From the IMG/VR virus record IMGVR_UViG_3300048438_000153, positions 124,001 through 188,000 of that record: a DNA stretch of 64,000 nucleotides; one strand, 5' to 3'. This document shows positions 1-9,433 of the stretch, piece after piece. Under the pieces are notes generated by a model. It did no database searches. It was not told the DNA's origin and saw nothing but the letters and a program-made list of their open reading frames with translations. The translations under genes were made by a program, and so were the position numbers. Every line of letters begins with the position of its first letter. Within the stretch, counting starts at the first letter, position 1.

Positions 1-2769
1 ATAAGACTTTATCAGCTTTTCGAGGAACTCCTGATGATCACTATCTCCCGCTTTACCTCCCTTTAGGACTGCCAAGAAGTCTGCGTTAGAAACACCCTTA
101 CGCTTGAGCTGTTGCCTTAAGAACTCACCACCACCTTCATGCTTTTGAAGTAGACCTGCGAGCTCTTGATCAGCGCCCTCGTCAGTTAATCTATGAATAG
201 CTTCGCCCCTTGCGCTCCCTGTGTCTATATTCGACGCATATACCTTAGCTTCCTCTTTCTTTATTTTAAGCTCAAGCTCTCTTCTCTTAAACCCGTCCTC
301 GGCCAATTTCCTCTTTTTCTCCTCTTCCTTGATAGCCTTTTCCTTAATTTCAGGGTTTTTCATTTTATCTATCTCAAGTCTTCTCTTAGATGCCCTTTCT
401 CTTTCCTTTTTTCTTTCTTGAAATAGCGTTTTCCTCCCAACCCGAACCTCCTGTCTAGTCTTTTGAGCCTTCTCAAGATTTCCCTGACGGCCTGTATCAA
501 ATCTTAAAAACCAAGAAGCAAGCGACAGTATCGGGTCTAAGATGCTTTGCAATAACGACCCTAAGTGGTTGTTGATAACATCTGCGGAGGTCATTGTCGC
601 ATTAACAACTTCTTGAAGGAGATCCATTTGAGTGAGAGAGTCGAGTTTCTGAGCGTCGAGATCTGCGCCCTGTGCGTGAACATAGTCTTGGATGTTGTCT
701 ATGACGCGCCCTTGCTTATCGACGATTTTTCCATTTTGAACACTAACCTTATCAGAAAGACCAGCCTCTTCAATGGCTTTCTTCATATTCGCTTCGTCAA
801 AACCACCTATACCGTCACTTGCGTTGTCTCTAATCTCCTCCAACACTCTGAAGTCATCCCTCATAGCCATATCGAGCAACCTCATCTGCTCTAGCTCATC
901 GAGGCTCTTTCCAGTCATCTGAGATATCTTCTCCATCTCAATCGCAGTAACATCTCTGAAGCCCTTACCCCCCGTGACATTGTAGAGTTGCTTAAACTGA
1001 GCTGAGAGCGCACCCGACATATCAAGATCACCGAGCGCGAGGGCTTGATTACTCAGACCACCCTTACCTGCTCTAGATAATCTTACTGACTGCATAAGTT
1101 TTCTAGCAGCACCCTCACCTTCTGCACCACCCTTTCTGCGAAGCTCCCCCATTTTTTTTTCTAAGTCAGCGTCGCTCATCTTAGAGAAATCAGTGGCTCG
1201 ATCTATGCCGATTTCTGCCATGATTTTCTTAGTTCTCTTGCTCCTAAAAAGAGCAAAAAAGTCTTTCTTAGTCTGATCTGCTGTCCTCTTGAAAGCTCCC
1301 TTCATGCCTCCCGTCAAGATAATCCTCTTAAACCTTTCTTGGATGCCCTCGCCTTTGAAACCGCCCGCCAAGCCCTTGGTGAAAGCTTGGGCCGCTTCAG
1401 GCCCTAAGACCTTAGAGAGATTGACGAAAAGATTAGCGGCTTCACCTATTCTTATGTTCATCGACCCGATGCCCTGAGACAAGTCCTGAACAACACTGAA
1501 GAAATCCTTTGTGTTAAGAGTGGACTGCTTAGAGAGGTCACGGATGCGCCCGAACTCCTGAGACATCCTCTCCATATAAACTCCGCTTTTGACCGAGATA
1601 CCAAGCTCTTTCCGAAACTCGCTTGAAAATGCAACGAGAGTGCCGAAATCGACACCCAAAGACTTAGCTGAGGCTTGGAAAGTAATTGTAAGGTCTTTAA
1701 TGGTTTCGAGGCTCTTTTTAAGACTCATCCCATCATCTTGAAGAGAGCCGAAGTTAATACCTACCTCATTGAAAGTATAAGCGAGTTGCCTAGCTTCTTC
1801 TAGGGTGACTCCAAGGGCGTTCGCGAAGCCTGCATCAGAAAGACCTTTTCTTATCGTATGGACTGTATCACTAACATTGGTCATCCCATCTGCGAGAAGA
1901 TCCGTCGCACCATAAGAGTCAATGAGCTCTTTGTGTATGCCTTTCATGTTCTCTTCGAGAGCCTGTAAGCCCTTAAAGATCGCAAAAGCCCCCGCTAGCG
2001 TACCTACGGCTACAGTAAGAGTCGTAGTTAATCCCGCAAGACCTTTACCCATCCTAAACATAGAAAGTAAACTAGAACCCTCACTCGTTTGACCCTTGGC
2101 CTGACCCTTCGCCTGAAGAATAGCACTCATGCCCCCGAGCGACTTCTGACTTCCTTTTAAGAACTTTTGAGCTGACCCGAAAACACTGTCTAAGTTCCCT
2201 GAAAGAGCCTCAGAGAAAGTATCTGCTACGCCACCTAACTTATCCTCTAGGTACTCAGAAACAGCATCCATGTCTGTGACAGCAGACTTGCTGAGAGGGT
2301 TTACTTTCGGATCGAATATAGTCCCGTCCATATTACGAGCGAGGCGTTCTTGAACCCTCTCGTACTTTATCAGATCTTTTAGAGCCGTCCTTGCTTTCTT
2401 AGCTTCGTCTCTCTCAAGCTTCTGTATATTCTTCAGCTCATATTTAAGCCTCTCGTCTGCGTATCTGAGGGCTTGAGAATTCCCTCGTGCCTCAAGCTCG
2501 TTTCTTTCTTTCACTAGCCCTACAATGTTCGCGTACTGAGCAGCCACACTCTCCGCAACACCCACTAAGTTCCTAGAAAGCCCTAACGCACCTTTACTAC
2601 TAGCTCTCTTAAGACCTGAAGATATGCGCTCAATCTCATCATTGAGCTTTTGAGCATTTTTTAGCTCATCTCCAAAGAGAGCTCCCGAAGTCTTAGCGAT
2701 CTTCTCGATCTCTTTTAGGGTCTTCGGGAGAGTTTTTTGTAGGTCTACGAAGTTGTCCATCGAGCCCAT
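1..2769 (-). CDS. Tape measure protein, 3' end outside window (not in ORF track)
   Basis: Starts at ATG 2769 (MGSMDNFVDLQKTLPKTLKEIEKIAK...) with SD GAGGTG. I translated the first ~350 and last 20 codons by hand; they are open and in the same frame (implying >920 aa). Helical/coiled-coil with a Gly/Ala hydrophobic stretch (GLAGLTTTLTVAVGTLAGAFAIF); follows tube and chaperone genes. Confidence 0.8.
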   Translation of the reverse strand, partial: MGSMDNFVDLQKTLPKTLKEIEKIAKTSGALFGDELKNAQKLNDEIERISSGLKRASSKGALGLSRNLVGVAESVAAQYANIVGLVKERNELEARGNSQALRYADERLKYELKNIQKLERDEAKKARTALKDLIKYERVQERLARNMDGTIFDPKVNPLSKSAVTDMDAVSEYLEDKLGGVADTFSEALSGNLDSVFGSAQKFLKGSQKSLGGMSAILQAKGQAKGQTSEGSSLLSMFRMGKGLAGLTTTLTVAVGTLAGAFAIFKGLQALEENMKGIHKELIDSYGATDLLADGMTNVSDTVHTIRKGLSDAGFANALGVTLEEARQLAYTFNEVGINFGSLQDDGMSLKKSLETIKDLTITFQASAKSLGVDFGTLVAFSSEFRKELGISVKSGVYMERMSQEFGRIRDLSKQSTLNTKDFFSVVQDLSQGIGSMNIRIGEAANLFVNLSKVLGPEAAQAFTKGLAGGFKGEGIQERFKRIILTGGMKGAFKRTADQTKKDFFALFRSKRTKKIMAEIGIDRATDFSKMSDADLEKKMGELRRKGGAEGEGAARKLMQSVRLSRAGKGGLSNQALALGDLDMSGALSAQFKQLYNVTGGKGFRDVTAIEMEKISQMTGKSLDELEQMRLLDMAMRDDFRVLEEIRDNASDGIGGFDEANMKKAIEEAGLSDKVSVQNGKIVDKQGRVIDNIQDYVHAQGADLDAQKLDSLTQMDLLQEVVNATMTSADVINNHLGSLLQSILDPILSLASWFLRFDTGRQGNLEKAQKTRQEVRVGRKTLFQERKKERERASKRRLEIDKMKNPEIKEKAIKEEEKKRKLAEDGFKRRELELKIKKEEAKVYASNIDTGSARGEAIHRLTDEGADQELAGLLQKHEGGGEFLRQQLKRKGVSNADFLAVLKGGKAGDSDHQEFLEKLIKSY

Positions 2770-2777
2770 AAATCACC

Positions 2778-3890
2778 TCAATCTAACTTAGGAGTTCTAT
2801 TAGAAATCTGATCCATCAGAGACTTCTTCTGAGGGACATCAGAGACAAGATTGCCCTCTTCATCCACTGAGACATTAGGGCTGACCTCGCGCGCCGTAAT
2901 GTAACGCTCTTTAACGTGCTCAAACTTCTCGGCGTGTTCATCATAGCTCCTGTACGTCTTAGTCTTACTCGCAATACGAGAGACTTCCTCATCAGTCAGA
3001 CCCATAATAGGATTTGAAATAGATGAGTTATTTCTGAGCGTCGAGATGTCCTCCATCCTCTTGATGTTTCTTTCCCTAGCCTCCGCCACTCTCTTCTTCT
3101 CACCCTCGATCTTCTTATACATCGACTGCTTGTACTCGCGCACTACCCTGTCATGCTCATCCTCTTCCCCTGAAACCCATCTCTTCATCTCTTCTTTCAG
3201 ATCATCATAGTTGTCTTTCTTCTTTCTCTGCTCCCTAAGATAAACAGGGTCGATCTTCCCTTCCCTAGCCTGTTTCATCAGGTTATCCCTATACTCCTCC
3301 GTCCTCATATCCTCGTTCTCCCAACCCCCCCTGATCTCTTTCGCGCCCTTAGCGTTCATAGCAGAGGTTACTAAGAGTGCTTGCTCCCACTCAGTACGGA
3401 CTTTCTTTCTCTCGTCCTCCATCTGATTCCATATGATCCAATTGAGCTGTACGCTGTTCAGCTCCTTCTCTGTTGGCGCTGAGAAAGCAGATCGGGCTCT
3501 CCAAGACATCCACATAGAGCGAGACTCGTTCTCATAAGAATAAGCCTCTAAATACTCATAGGCTCGTTGACTCTCCCCTATCAGTGAGTTGAGGGTGATC
3601 AAGAGCCTACGATAAACAGGTATAGGGAGCGCGGAGACTTCCTCTAAGACCGAATAGACAGAGTAGCCCATCTCATCAAACACACGCCCATTGATCGAGT
3701 GTATACACCGAGAGAGGAGAGCGGTTTCTCTTTCTTGAGGGACAAAGGGCGAGTGTTCATACGCCCAATCTATGTCTCTAGGGTCGGGATTTCTTAACTT
3801 CACATGAAGGTTGTTCACCTTCGACGTGAAAGACCTATAAAGAACGCCCTCAGAAATGAGAGCTCGCACCTCGGCATAGTAGTCCCTCAT
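2778..3890 (-). CDS. Putative tail assembly chaperone 2
   Basis: Directly upstream of the tape measure gene; N-terminus (VKLRNP...ALLSRCIHSING) resembles the adjacent 193-aa protein. Confidence 0.55.
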   Translation of the reverse strand: MRDYYAEVRALISEGVLYRSFTSKVNNLHVKLRNPDPRDIDWAYEHSPFVPQERETALLSRCIHSINGRVFDEMGYSVYSVLEEVSALPIPVYRRLLITLNSLIGESQRAYEYLEAYSYENESRSMWMSWRARSAFSAPTEKELNSVQLNWIIWNQMEDERKKVRTEWEQALLVTSAMNAKGAKEIRGGWENEDMRTEEYRDNLMKQAREGKIDPVYLREQRKKKDNYDDLKEEMKRWVSGEEDEHDRVVREYKQSMYKKIEGEKKRVAEARERNIKRMEDISTLRNNSSISNPIMGLTDEEVSRIASKTKTYRSYDEHAEKFEHVKERYITAREVSPNVSVDEEGNLVSDVPQKKSLMDQISNRTPKLD

Positions 3891-3893
3891 CCC

Positions 3894-4475
3894 TCATTTG
3901 TCCATGTCCTGTAGAGCCTCAGAATACTCTGAAACCTTCTTGGTCATGCCCTGAGCGAGCTCATCTGACTCCTCGATGTTCTGAGCTTGGTTAATCTCAA
4001 CGATACGCGCCTCTAAGACCTTCTTCTCTTCCTCAAGGTCTTTCCTCTGAGGGACAAGCTTGGAAACAGCATCTTCAGCCTCACTCGTAAGGTCAGTGAG
4101 TTGAGTAAAAAGCTCATTGGCGACGGCGCGACTGAGGTCATCAAGAATGTCAGAAACAGCCTCGATCTTCTTAACCTTGACAGAAGTACCATCAGCGAGA
4201 AGATCTCCTGTCTCGATGTACTCCTGATCAAGATTAAGATCGCCAACACGAACAATCGCTCGGCTCAGAGCCTCTTTCCTAAAGAGGTCGAGGTACTCCA
4301 TCGTAGTGGTGTCCTCATCCTCTCTTAAGATCGCTAGCGCCTTTTGGATTTCTGCATCCTCTCTTGCATTGAGCGTCCTGAGAGTCAGAGAAAGACCAAA
4401 AACTTCGACCTCTTTACGGAGACTACCGATCTCCGCAAGGGGCGAGAAAGCCTTTTTGAGTTGCGACAAATTCAT
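3894..4475 (-). CDS. Putative tail assembly chaperone 1
   Basis: Acidic 193-aa protein between tube and tape measure genes; LTLRTLN...EALSRAIVRVG pattern. Confidence 0.6.
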   Translation of the reverse strand: MNLSQLKKAFSPLAEIGSLRKEVEVFGLSLTLRTLNAREDAEIQKALAILREDEDTTTMEYLDLFRKEALSRAIVRVGDLNLDQEYIETGDLLADGTSVKVKKIEAVSDILDDLSRAVANELFTQLTDLTSEAEDAVSKLVPQRKDLEEEKKVLEARIVEINQAQNIEESDELAQGMTKKVSEYSEALQDMDK

Positions 4476-4523
4476 GATGTAAATCCTATCCGTTTATTTG
4501 ATGAGAGGGTACGGCTACCCCCT

Positions 4524-4531
4524 GTTATACC
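4524..4531 (-). promoter_or_regulatory. GGTATAAC, sigma70-like -10 box (also at 13403-13410 and 56500-56507)
   Basis: Identical 8-mer ~30-50 nt upstream of three minus-strand gene starts. Confidence 0.4.
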
Positions 4532-4540
4532 AAGCTAATC

Positions 4541-5380
4541 TTAGTTTACGGGAAAGACACCGCCCTGATTACCTTGACCGACTCTCTCAGAATCTATCCT
4601 ATCAGAACCTGACTGAGCAGCAGTAAATTCTGCTGCGAGTGTGTTGTGTCTAATCGTAGCCACTTGACCCTTAGTAGGATCATTGCCACTAGGCAAGAAC
4701 TCGCCGTAAGTAGAGAAGAGATCATGCACGTCTTGAGCGGCTGCCGAGATACTCTGAGTCATGAGAGACGAGTCAGCAGAAGGGTTAGCACCTGAAATAG
4801 AGGTCATCCAACACGCCTCGAAATAGGTGATGATCGCCTTATGACTTTGTTCTGCGCCATAAGCTTCAGTCGCTCCCGTGACATTTTGACCGCTGAAGTC
4901 AATGTCTCGGATGCCTTTCTGATGATCCTCGTTTGTCGTACCTGACTCAGCATCTGCAATCGTTGAGAATACCAACTGTTGCTCGATGTCGAAAGGCCAC
5001 CTGTGGTGCTGAAGAGTACGGACAGGACCGTCCACACCGCCCGCAAAACCGAAGGCTTGGTGTCCGTTAGAAAGATATAAGAGTGTGCGCTCGATAGAAA
5101 CGTCAACGGGGTCTGAGACGCCAGGGACGCGCTCTGCGATCTGATCACCGAAGCCGATACCGCGAATGTCCTCTACGCCCCTGTTGAAGTCAGCGTTCAT
5201 ACTAGAGCAAACACCCAACTGATAAAGAAGAGAGTTGTTATCAGCTCCGGGTCGGTAAACAGGGCTGAGAAGTCTTACTTTCTGAGAAATCGCGGCTCTA
5301 GTGTTTGGACTGGCGTTGTAGTCGTAAATATGACTTGAGCCTTGAGCTCCGTTTGCGGGCTTTGAGTCAGTGTTCGCCAT
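4541..5380 (-). CDS. Tail tube protein
   Basis: 279 aa; RGVEDIRGIGFGDQIAERVPG...VSIERTLLY pattern as in myovirus tube proteins; synteny with chaperones and tape measure. Confidence 0.7.
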   Translation of the reverse strand: MANTDSKPANGAQGSSHIYDYNASPNTRAAISQKVRLLSPVYRPGADNNSLLYQLGVCSSMNADFNRGVEDIRGIGFGDQIAERVPGVSDPVDVSIERTLLYLSNGHQAFGFAGGVDGPVRTLQHHRWPFDIEQQLVFSTIADAESGTTNEDHQKGIRDIDFSGQNVTGATEAYGAEQSHKAIITYFEACWMTSISGANPSADSSLMTQSISAAAQDVHDLFSTYGEFLPSGNDPTKGQVATIRHNTLAAEFTAAQSGSDRIDSERVGQGNQGGVFPVN

Positions 5381-5429
5381 GACGCATCTCCTCTTTCTTA
5401 ATATTGTCCACTCATACTGAGTCGGCTGA

Positions 5430-5483
5430 TAAGTGTTTTATCAATAAGCCTTACATAAATGTTCTATCAATAAGCCTCACATA
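5430..5483 (+). promoter_or_regulatory. Tandem duplicated promoter-like motif (24-bp direct repeat, period 26)
   Basis: tgttttatcaataagccttacata (5434-5457) and tgttctatcaataagcctcacata (5460-5483); each overlaps a TAA-N4-T[TC]TATC site (5430, 5456). Confidence 0.6.
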
Positions 5484-5511
5484 GAATAACTATCGCACAG
5501 GAGAAAAGAGA

Positions 5512-6402
5512 ATGAAATTCTTCGACTTGAACGACAAAGATGACTTCGATTACTTAGCTTTTAAATTCACACGCTCACCTGAGTTTAAGATTTGGAAGTC
5601 TGAAGAAAGAAAGAAAGAGAAGGAAAGAACTAAGAGACATACTCTTGAAGATCTTGAGATCCTGTCTGCCATGCTAACCGCAGAGAATCAGAACCATAGG
5701 AAATGGGTGAAAGACACATCGGGGAAACTCTATGCGAGACTCTATATAAGAGGCACGAACTCATACGTCACTCCAACAGGGGATCTTAACGCGAACGGAG
5801 AGGGCGGTGTGTACCCATCTCAATTAAGAAAGATCAACAAAGCCCTCCGCGCATATCTCACTTACCTAGAAAAGATTATAGATGTCAGAGGAGATGAAGC
5901 AGAAATGGAGTTCATGAGATCGCTAGTAGATTGGGCTCAAGAAAGATACACCATCGAGGGTATTGTCGAGGACACAAAAAAGTACATGGTGAAGAGAGCC
6001 TTTGACTCCTATGGAAAAGCCTACGGAGGCTACTCCACCCACTCCCTACCGACAAGGAACGCGGAGAAGATGGGCGAGAGCAAGCCTAAGAAGAAGAGAA
6101 AAGAGAACCCTAAGTCCATTGACAGGTACGTCAAAGAATACGCAGAGCAGAAAGGCTACAGCTCCGCAGAAGACATCCCTAAGAATGAGAAGGGAAAAGC
6201 CTACGCGATTGCTTGGTCTAGGTACTGCTCAAAGCGCCCTAACTCTCCGCGCTGTCAGAAAGAAAAAGACACTTACTTCCCGAACCGCCCTAATGTGGCT
6301 AAGGGCATCGAGAAGAGCATGGCAGAGAAAAGAAAGAAGCGTCAGAAGAAAGCGATGGCAGAGAGAATCGCGTACCTCTACGAGACATCAAAAGACCTTT
6401 AA
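5512..6402 (+). CDS. Hypothetical basic protein with C-terminal KKAMAERIAYLY motif
   Basis: 296-aa ORF with SD AGGAG; C-terminus matches the R[VI]AxxYL motif family. Confidence 0.7.
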   Translation: MKFFDLNDKDDFDYLAFKFTRSPEFKIWKSEERKKEKERTKRHTLEDLEILSAMLTAENQNHRKWVKDTSGKLYARLYIRGTNSYVTPTGDLNANGEGGVYPSQLRKINKALRAYLTYLEKIIDVRGDEAEMEFMRSLVDWAQERYTIEGIVEDTKKYMVKRAFDSYGKAYGGYSTHSLPTRNAEKMGESKPKKKRKENPKSIDRYVKEYAEQKGYSSAEDIPKNEKGKAYAIAWSRYCSKRPNSPRCQKEKDTYFPNRPNVAKGIEKSMAEKRKKRQKKAMAERIAYLYETSKDL

Positions 6403-6972
6403 GACTACTTGTTTTACAATCTCAGTCATCTCCTCATCACTCATATCTTTCCAATCAACATGGATGACCTGAGTGTCGGGTCTGAGCCGATAAGGGATAT
6501 TCTCAATCTCTCTCTTCAAGTTCTCAAGGTAAGTCAAGCTCAGACCTGACTCATAGCTCCTGTCTCTCTTATGGACTCTTTCTAGCGCGACTTGAGGAGT
6601 AGTGTTAAGAAAGATGCAAGCCGATAAAGTTGGGATCTTAGGCTCAAGTATCTCGTAGTGAGAGACATAACAGTCATGCTCTCTCGCAGACATGATGCCG
6701 TCTTGATGGAGCATATCTGCGAATGGGATATCCCCATACAAAGAGCGGTCAAGAATGAGATCTCCCTCCTCTGTATGGTCTTGGTATCTCCTGTAGAGAA
6801 AGTAAGACTGAAGAGTGTAAGCCCATCGCTTAGGGTCTTCATAGAAGAGGGGGAGGAAAGGGTTGTCGTCAACACTCTCATACTTTGGCGTAAAGTGAGT
6901 GATCTCAGAGAACTTCTTAACGAAAGTAGACTTCCCGACCCCTATTAGCCCTTCAACGGCAATATGCATCAT
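6388..6972 (-). CDS. Deoxynucleoside kinase (dNK family)
   Basis: P-loop IAVEGLIGVGKST, YEDPKRWAYTLQSYFL, DRSLYGD, lid R-x-R-x-x-E. Confidence 0.92.
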   Translation of the reverse strand: MMHIAVEGLIGVGKSTFVKKFSEITHFTPKYESVDDNPFLPLFYEDPKRWAYTLQSYFLYRRYQDHTEEGDLILDRSLYGDIPFADMLHQDGIMSAREHDCYVSHYEILEPKIPTLSACIFLNTTPQVALERVHKRDRSYESGLSLTYLENLKREIENIPYRLRPDTQVIHVDWKDMSDEEMTEIVKQVVLKVF

Positions 6973-7210
6973 GCGCTCCCATTTATCATCAGTAGATGTG
7001 ATGATGGGTTTACCGAATGAAGCCTTAACTTTGAACAGTAATATCTGAGATCACCGAACCGCTTTCTGACGTGATTTGGAGGGTTGACCTCCTAGCCCCT
7101 AATGACTACCCATGTAATCAAACATAGGCTGACACGGTGGTACTATGTTAATAGGAACACACCTCCACATTCGATCCCGTAAGACATGATCTCAGAAAAA
7201 GGAGATATTT

Positions 7211-8299
7211 ATGATTGAAAGCATTCTAGCTCATAACCCTAAAGTCATGTACGGCGCGCTCACGCTCTACGCCATTTCTATTGGGAGTCAGATATACACC
7301 AACCACAGAGTGAACCAAGTACAAAACAGGATCACCGAACAGATTGAGGGGAAGCTCGATAGAAAGGCTCAAGAGCTTCAGAGTAAAATAGAGAAGATAG
7401 GTACGGCTCAAGCTCGCATGGTCAGCAAAGAGGAGCTTGAAAGGAAAACCGAAGAAGCTCTCAGTCAGCTCTCAAAAGACACGAAAGACCGACTCGAACA
7501 ATATAAAAGAGACACGAACGCTCAGGTGACAAGTGTTTCCACGAGAGTCAGGAACATTAGAGCAAATCTGAATAAGGGGCGCGCTCAAATCGGACAGAAA
7601 GTTAAAGTAACCACGCCCGCCCCTAAAGATTGGAAGGGTGTCAAAGCAAAAGACGTGTCATGGTGTAAGCAGAACCCATCTAAATGCGATGCTTTTCCTA
7701 TTAGGTGGGACTACCCCCTCAATGGTAGACCTGTGGTTTCTTTTCTTTCAGACAATGTGTTTACAAGGAGCTTTAATCTAAGCTTAGACCTCGGACTCAA
7801 GGTAACTACTGTAGGACTCAGAGACAGGGAAGGAGTTGTCGAGAACCAAGCTGTTTTCTTTGATGTCGGATATCGAGACGAGAGGGGTCGGTTTAAGACT
7901 CTTCAGCACTTCGAGATTAAAGAGGGAGATGGGAAAGAAACCGACGTTTTCTTCCATAAACCCGCTATCAACCCTTTCCTATTCAACGACAAGCTTAGTA
8001 CGTTTGATTTCTCACTCTTACTAGGAGCTTCTTTCGCCCCCACTTTCGAGAGTGGGTCGAGTCTTTCTTTCCGAACAGGAATGAGCATAGGCGGTGGGAT
8101 TGCCAACTTCAAGGAAGGGCAAATTAGAATAGGCGCGAATGCAGTGATCTCTAAGGAAATCTTAGGCGTAGGTTTGTTTACTACCTACCACCCGAAGATT
8201 CTCGGAAAGCACTTCAATCTCGCGCCTATGCTCGGAGTCTTGTACGACTCTAATCTTAACCCGTCTTTACAAGTCGGGTTGAGCTATCAGCTATATTGA
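7211..8299 (+). CDS. Membrane-anchored coiled-coil protein with C-terminal beta-strands (spanin-like candidate)
   Basis: N-terminal hydrophobic segment, ~110-aa coiled coil, C-terminal amphipathic strands ending QVGLSYQLY; SD AAGGAG. Confidence 0.55.
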   Translation: MIESILAHNPKVMYGALTLYAISIGSQIYTNHRVNQVQNRITEQIEGKLDRKAQELQSKIEKIGTAQARMVSKEELERKTEEALSQLSKDTKDRLEQYKRDTNAQVTSVSTRVRNIRANLNKGRAQIGQKVKVTTPAPKDWKGVKAKDVSWCKQNPSKCDAFPIRWDYPLNGRPVVSFLSDNVFTRSFNLSLDLGLKVTTVGLRDREGVVENQAVFFDVGYRDERGRFKTLQHFEIKEGDGKETDVFFHKPAINPFLFNDKLSTFDFSLLLGASFAPTFESGSSLSFRTGMSIGGGIANFKEGQIRIGANAVISKEILGVGLFTTYHPKILGKHFNLAPMLGVLYDSNLNPSLQVGLSYQLY

Positions 8300-9100
8300 T
8301 TAGCGACGTGAAGCTCGGAGAGCCTTAATAGCCTGAGCTTGGAGACGAGATTGTCTCTTAGTAACAGCAGTCTCGATGTCAGCCATGCGCTCCGCAAAGT
8401 TCATGAAACGCTCATGGAGGTTCATACCGCCGACCATACCACGAATAGTCGCAACAGCCTGACCGCGCTTGAGGTTAGGACCTGTGAAGGTGAACTTGAT
8501 GTTTTGAGGAGTCTGCTTAAGGACGAGAGTGTAGTCTCCAGTGCCTGACACGATAGTGTCGTCACCCATGCGTCTCCAACGCTCATTGAACAAGCCATAG
8601 TTGCTAAGAAGATCATGGACGAGGTTAAACTCAGTGGTGAGATCTACTTGACCCATGCCCGTCTCTTCCATGCCAGCATCCTCGTGAAGAGGAGAAGCAT
8701 CAGGGACATCACGAAGGCCGAGATCATAAGCTTTACGAGCAAGGAGAACCTTAACTTCGTCATACTTCATGATGGTCAGAGTGCGAGCGGGTGGGAAAAT
8801 GAGATGATACCCAACCATATCCACATAGATTTTGTGCTGACGAATGCCAAGGTCAATCACAGGATTATCATCATCAAAATCAAGAGTGGCTCTTTTAAAG
8901 CCTAGCATACGAGCAGACCTAAGAAGGTCTTTCGCATTCTTTCTCATCTCAACGAGGCTCAACCGACCCGGAGCACGCTGTCGGCGTTTCTTATTAGGAG
9001 CAACGTCCATCTGCTTTGAAGGGTAAAGGGCTTGGCGCTCAAGGTGAGCGATCCTGATTTCAAGATCAGAGAGGATTTCTGAAGCTGTTCTTCTCATCAT
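8300..9100 (-). CDS. Leader-bearing protein (MRRTASEIL leader), putative head cargo
   Basis: Starts MMRRTASEILSDLEIRIAHLERQA. Confidence 0.7.
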   Translation of the reverse strand: MMRRTASEILSDLEIRIAHLERQALYPSKQMDVAPNKKRRQRAPGRLSLVEMRKNAKDLLRSARMLGFKRATLDFDDDNPVIDLGIRQHKIYVDMVGYHLIFPPARTLTIMKYDEVKVLLARKAYDLGLRDVPDASPLHEDAGMEETGMGQVDLTTEFNLVHDLLSNYGLFNERWRRMGDDTIVSGTGDYTLVLKQTPQNIKFTFTGPNLKRGQAVATIRGMVGGMNLHERFMNFAERMADIETAVTKRQSRLQAQAIKALRASRR

Positions 9101-9176
9101 AGACTCCTATAGTCTCAATCGAGGTGTGTTAGAAAACGTCACCTATAAAAGTAGTATAAAGAGAGTAAAAACTCTC

Positions 9177-9374
9177 TTAGGAAGGGTTCTTAGTCTTAGG
9201 GTCTTTCTCGACTGCCTTGATGAGAACGGTATCGCCCTCAAAAATAACTTGGAAATGCCCCTCAAACTGAAACTTGTGGTTTTTGAGATCACTCAAGATT
9301 ACTTTCTTAAAGACCTCTCCCTCGTCTAATCGAAAATCCACCCACTTTTCTTTCTTCATGTTTTGCACTTTCAT
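9177..9374 (-). CDS. Small hypothetical protein
   Basis: 65-aa ORF filling a gap on the dominant coding strand. Confidence 0.4.
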   Translation of the reverse strand: MKVQNMKKEKWVDFRLDEGEVFKKVILSDLKNHKFQFEGHFQVIFEGDTVLIKAVEKDPKTKNPS

Positions 9375-9433
9375 ATTTAAACCGTATGCGTATGCAACAT
9401 CCTTGATCAGAAAGAAGAGGGGCGCAAGGACTT

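Noticed and set aside
193-1655. Short ORFs listed in the track
   Set aside because: They are antisense or alternate-frame shadows of the tape measure gene.
6973-7210. ncRNA or tRNA in the intergenic gap
   Set aside because: Only a short hairpin (ggagg-N5-cctcc); no cloverleaf or recognisable family.
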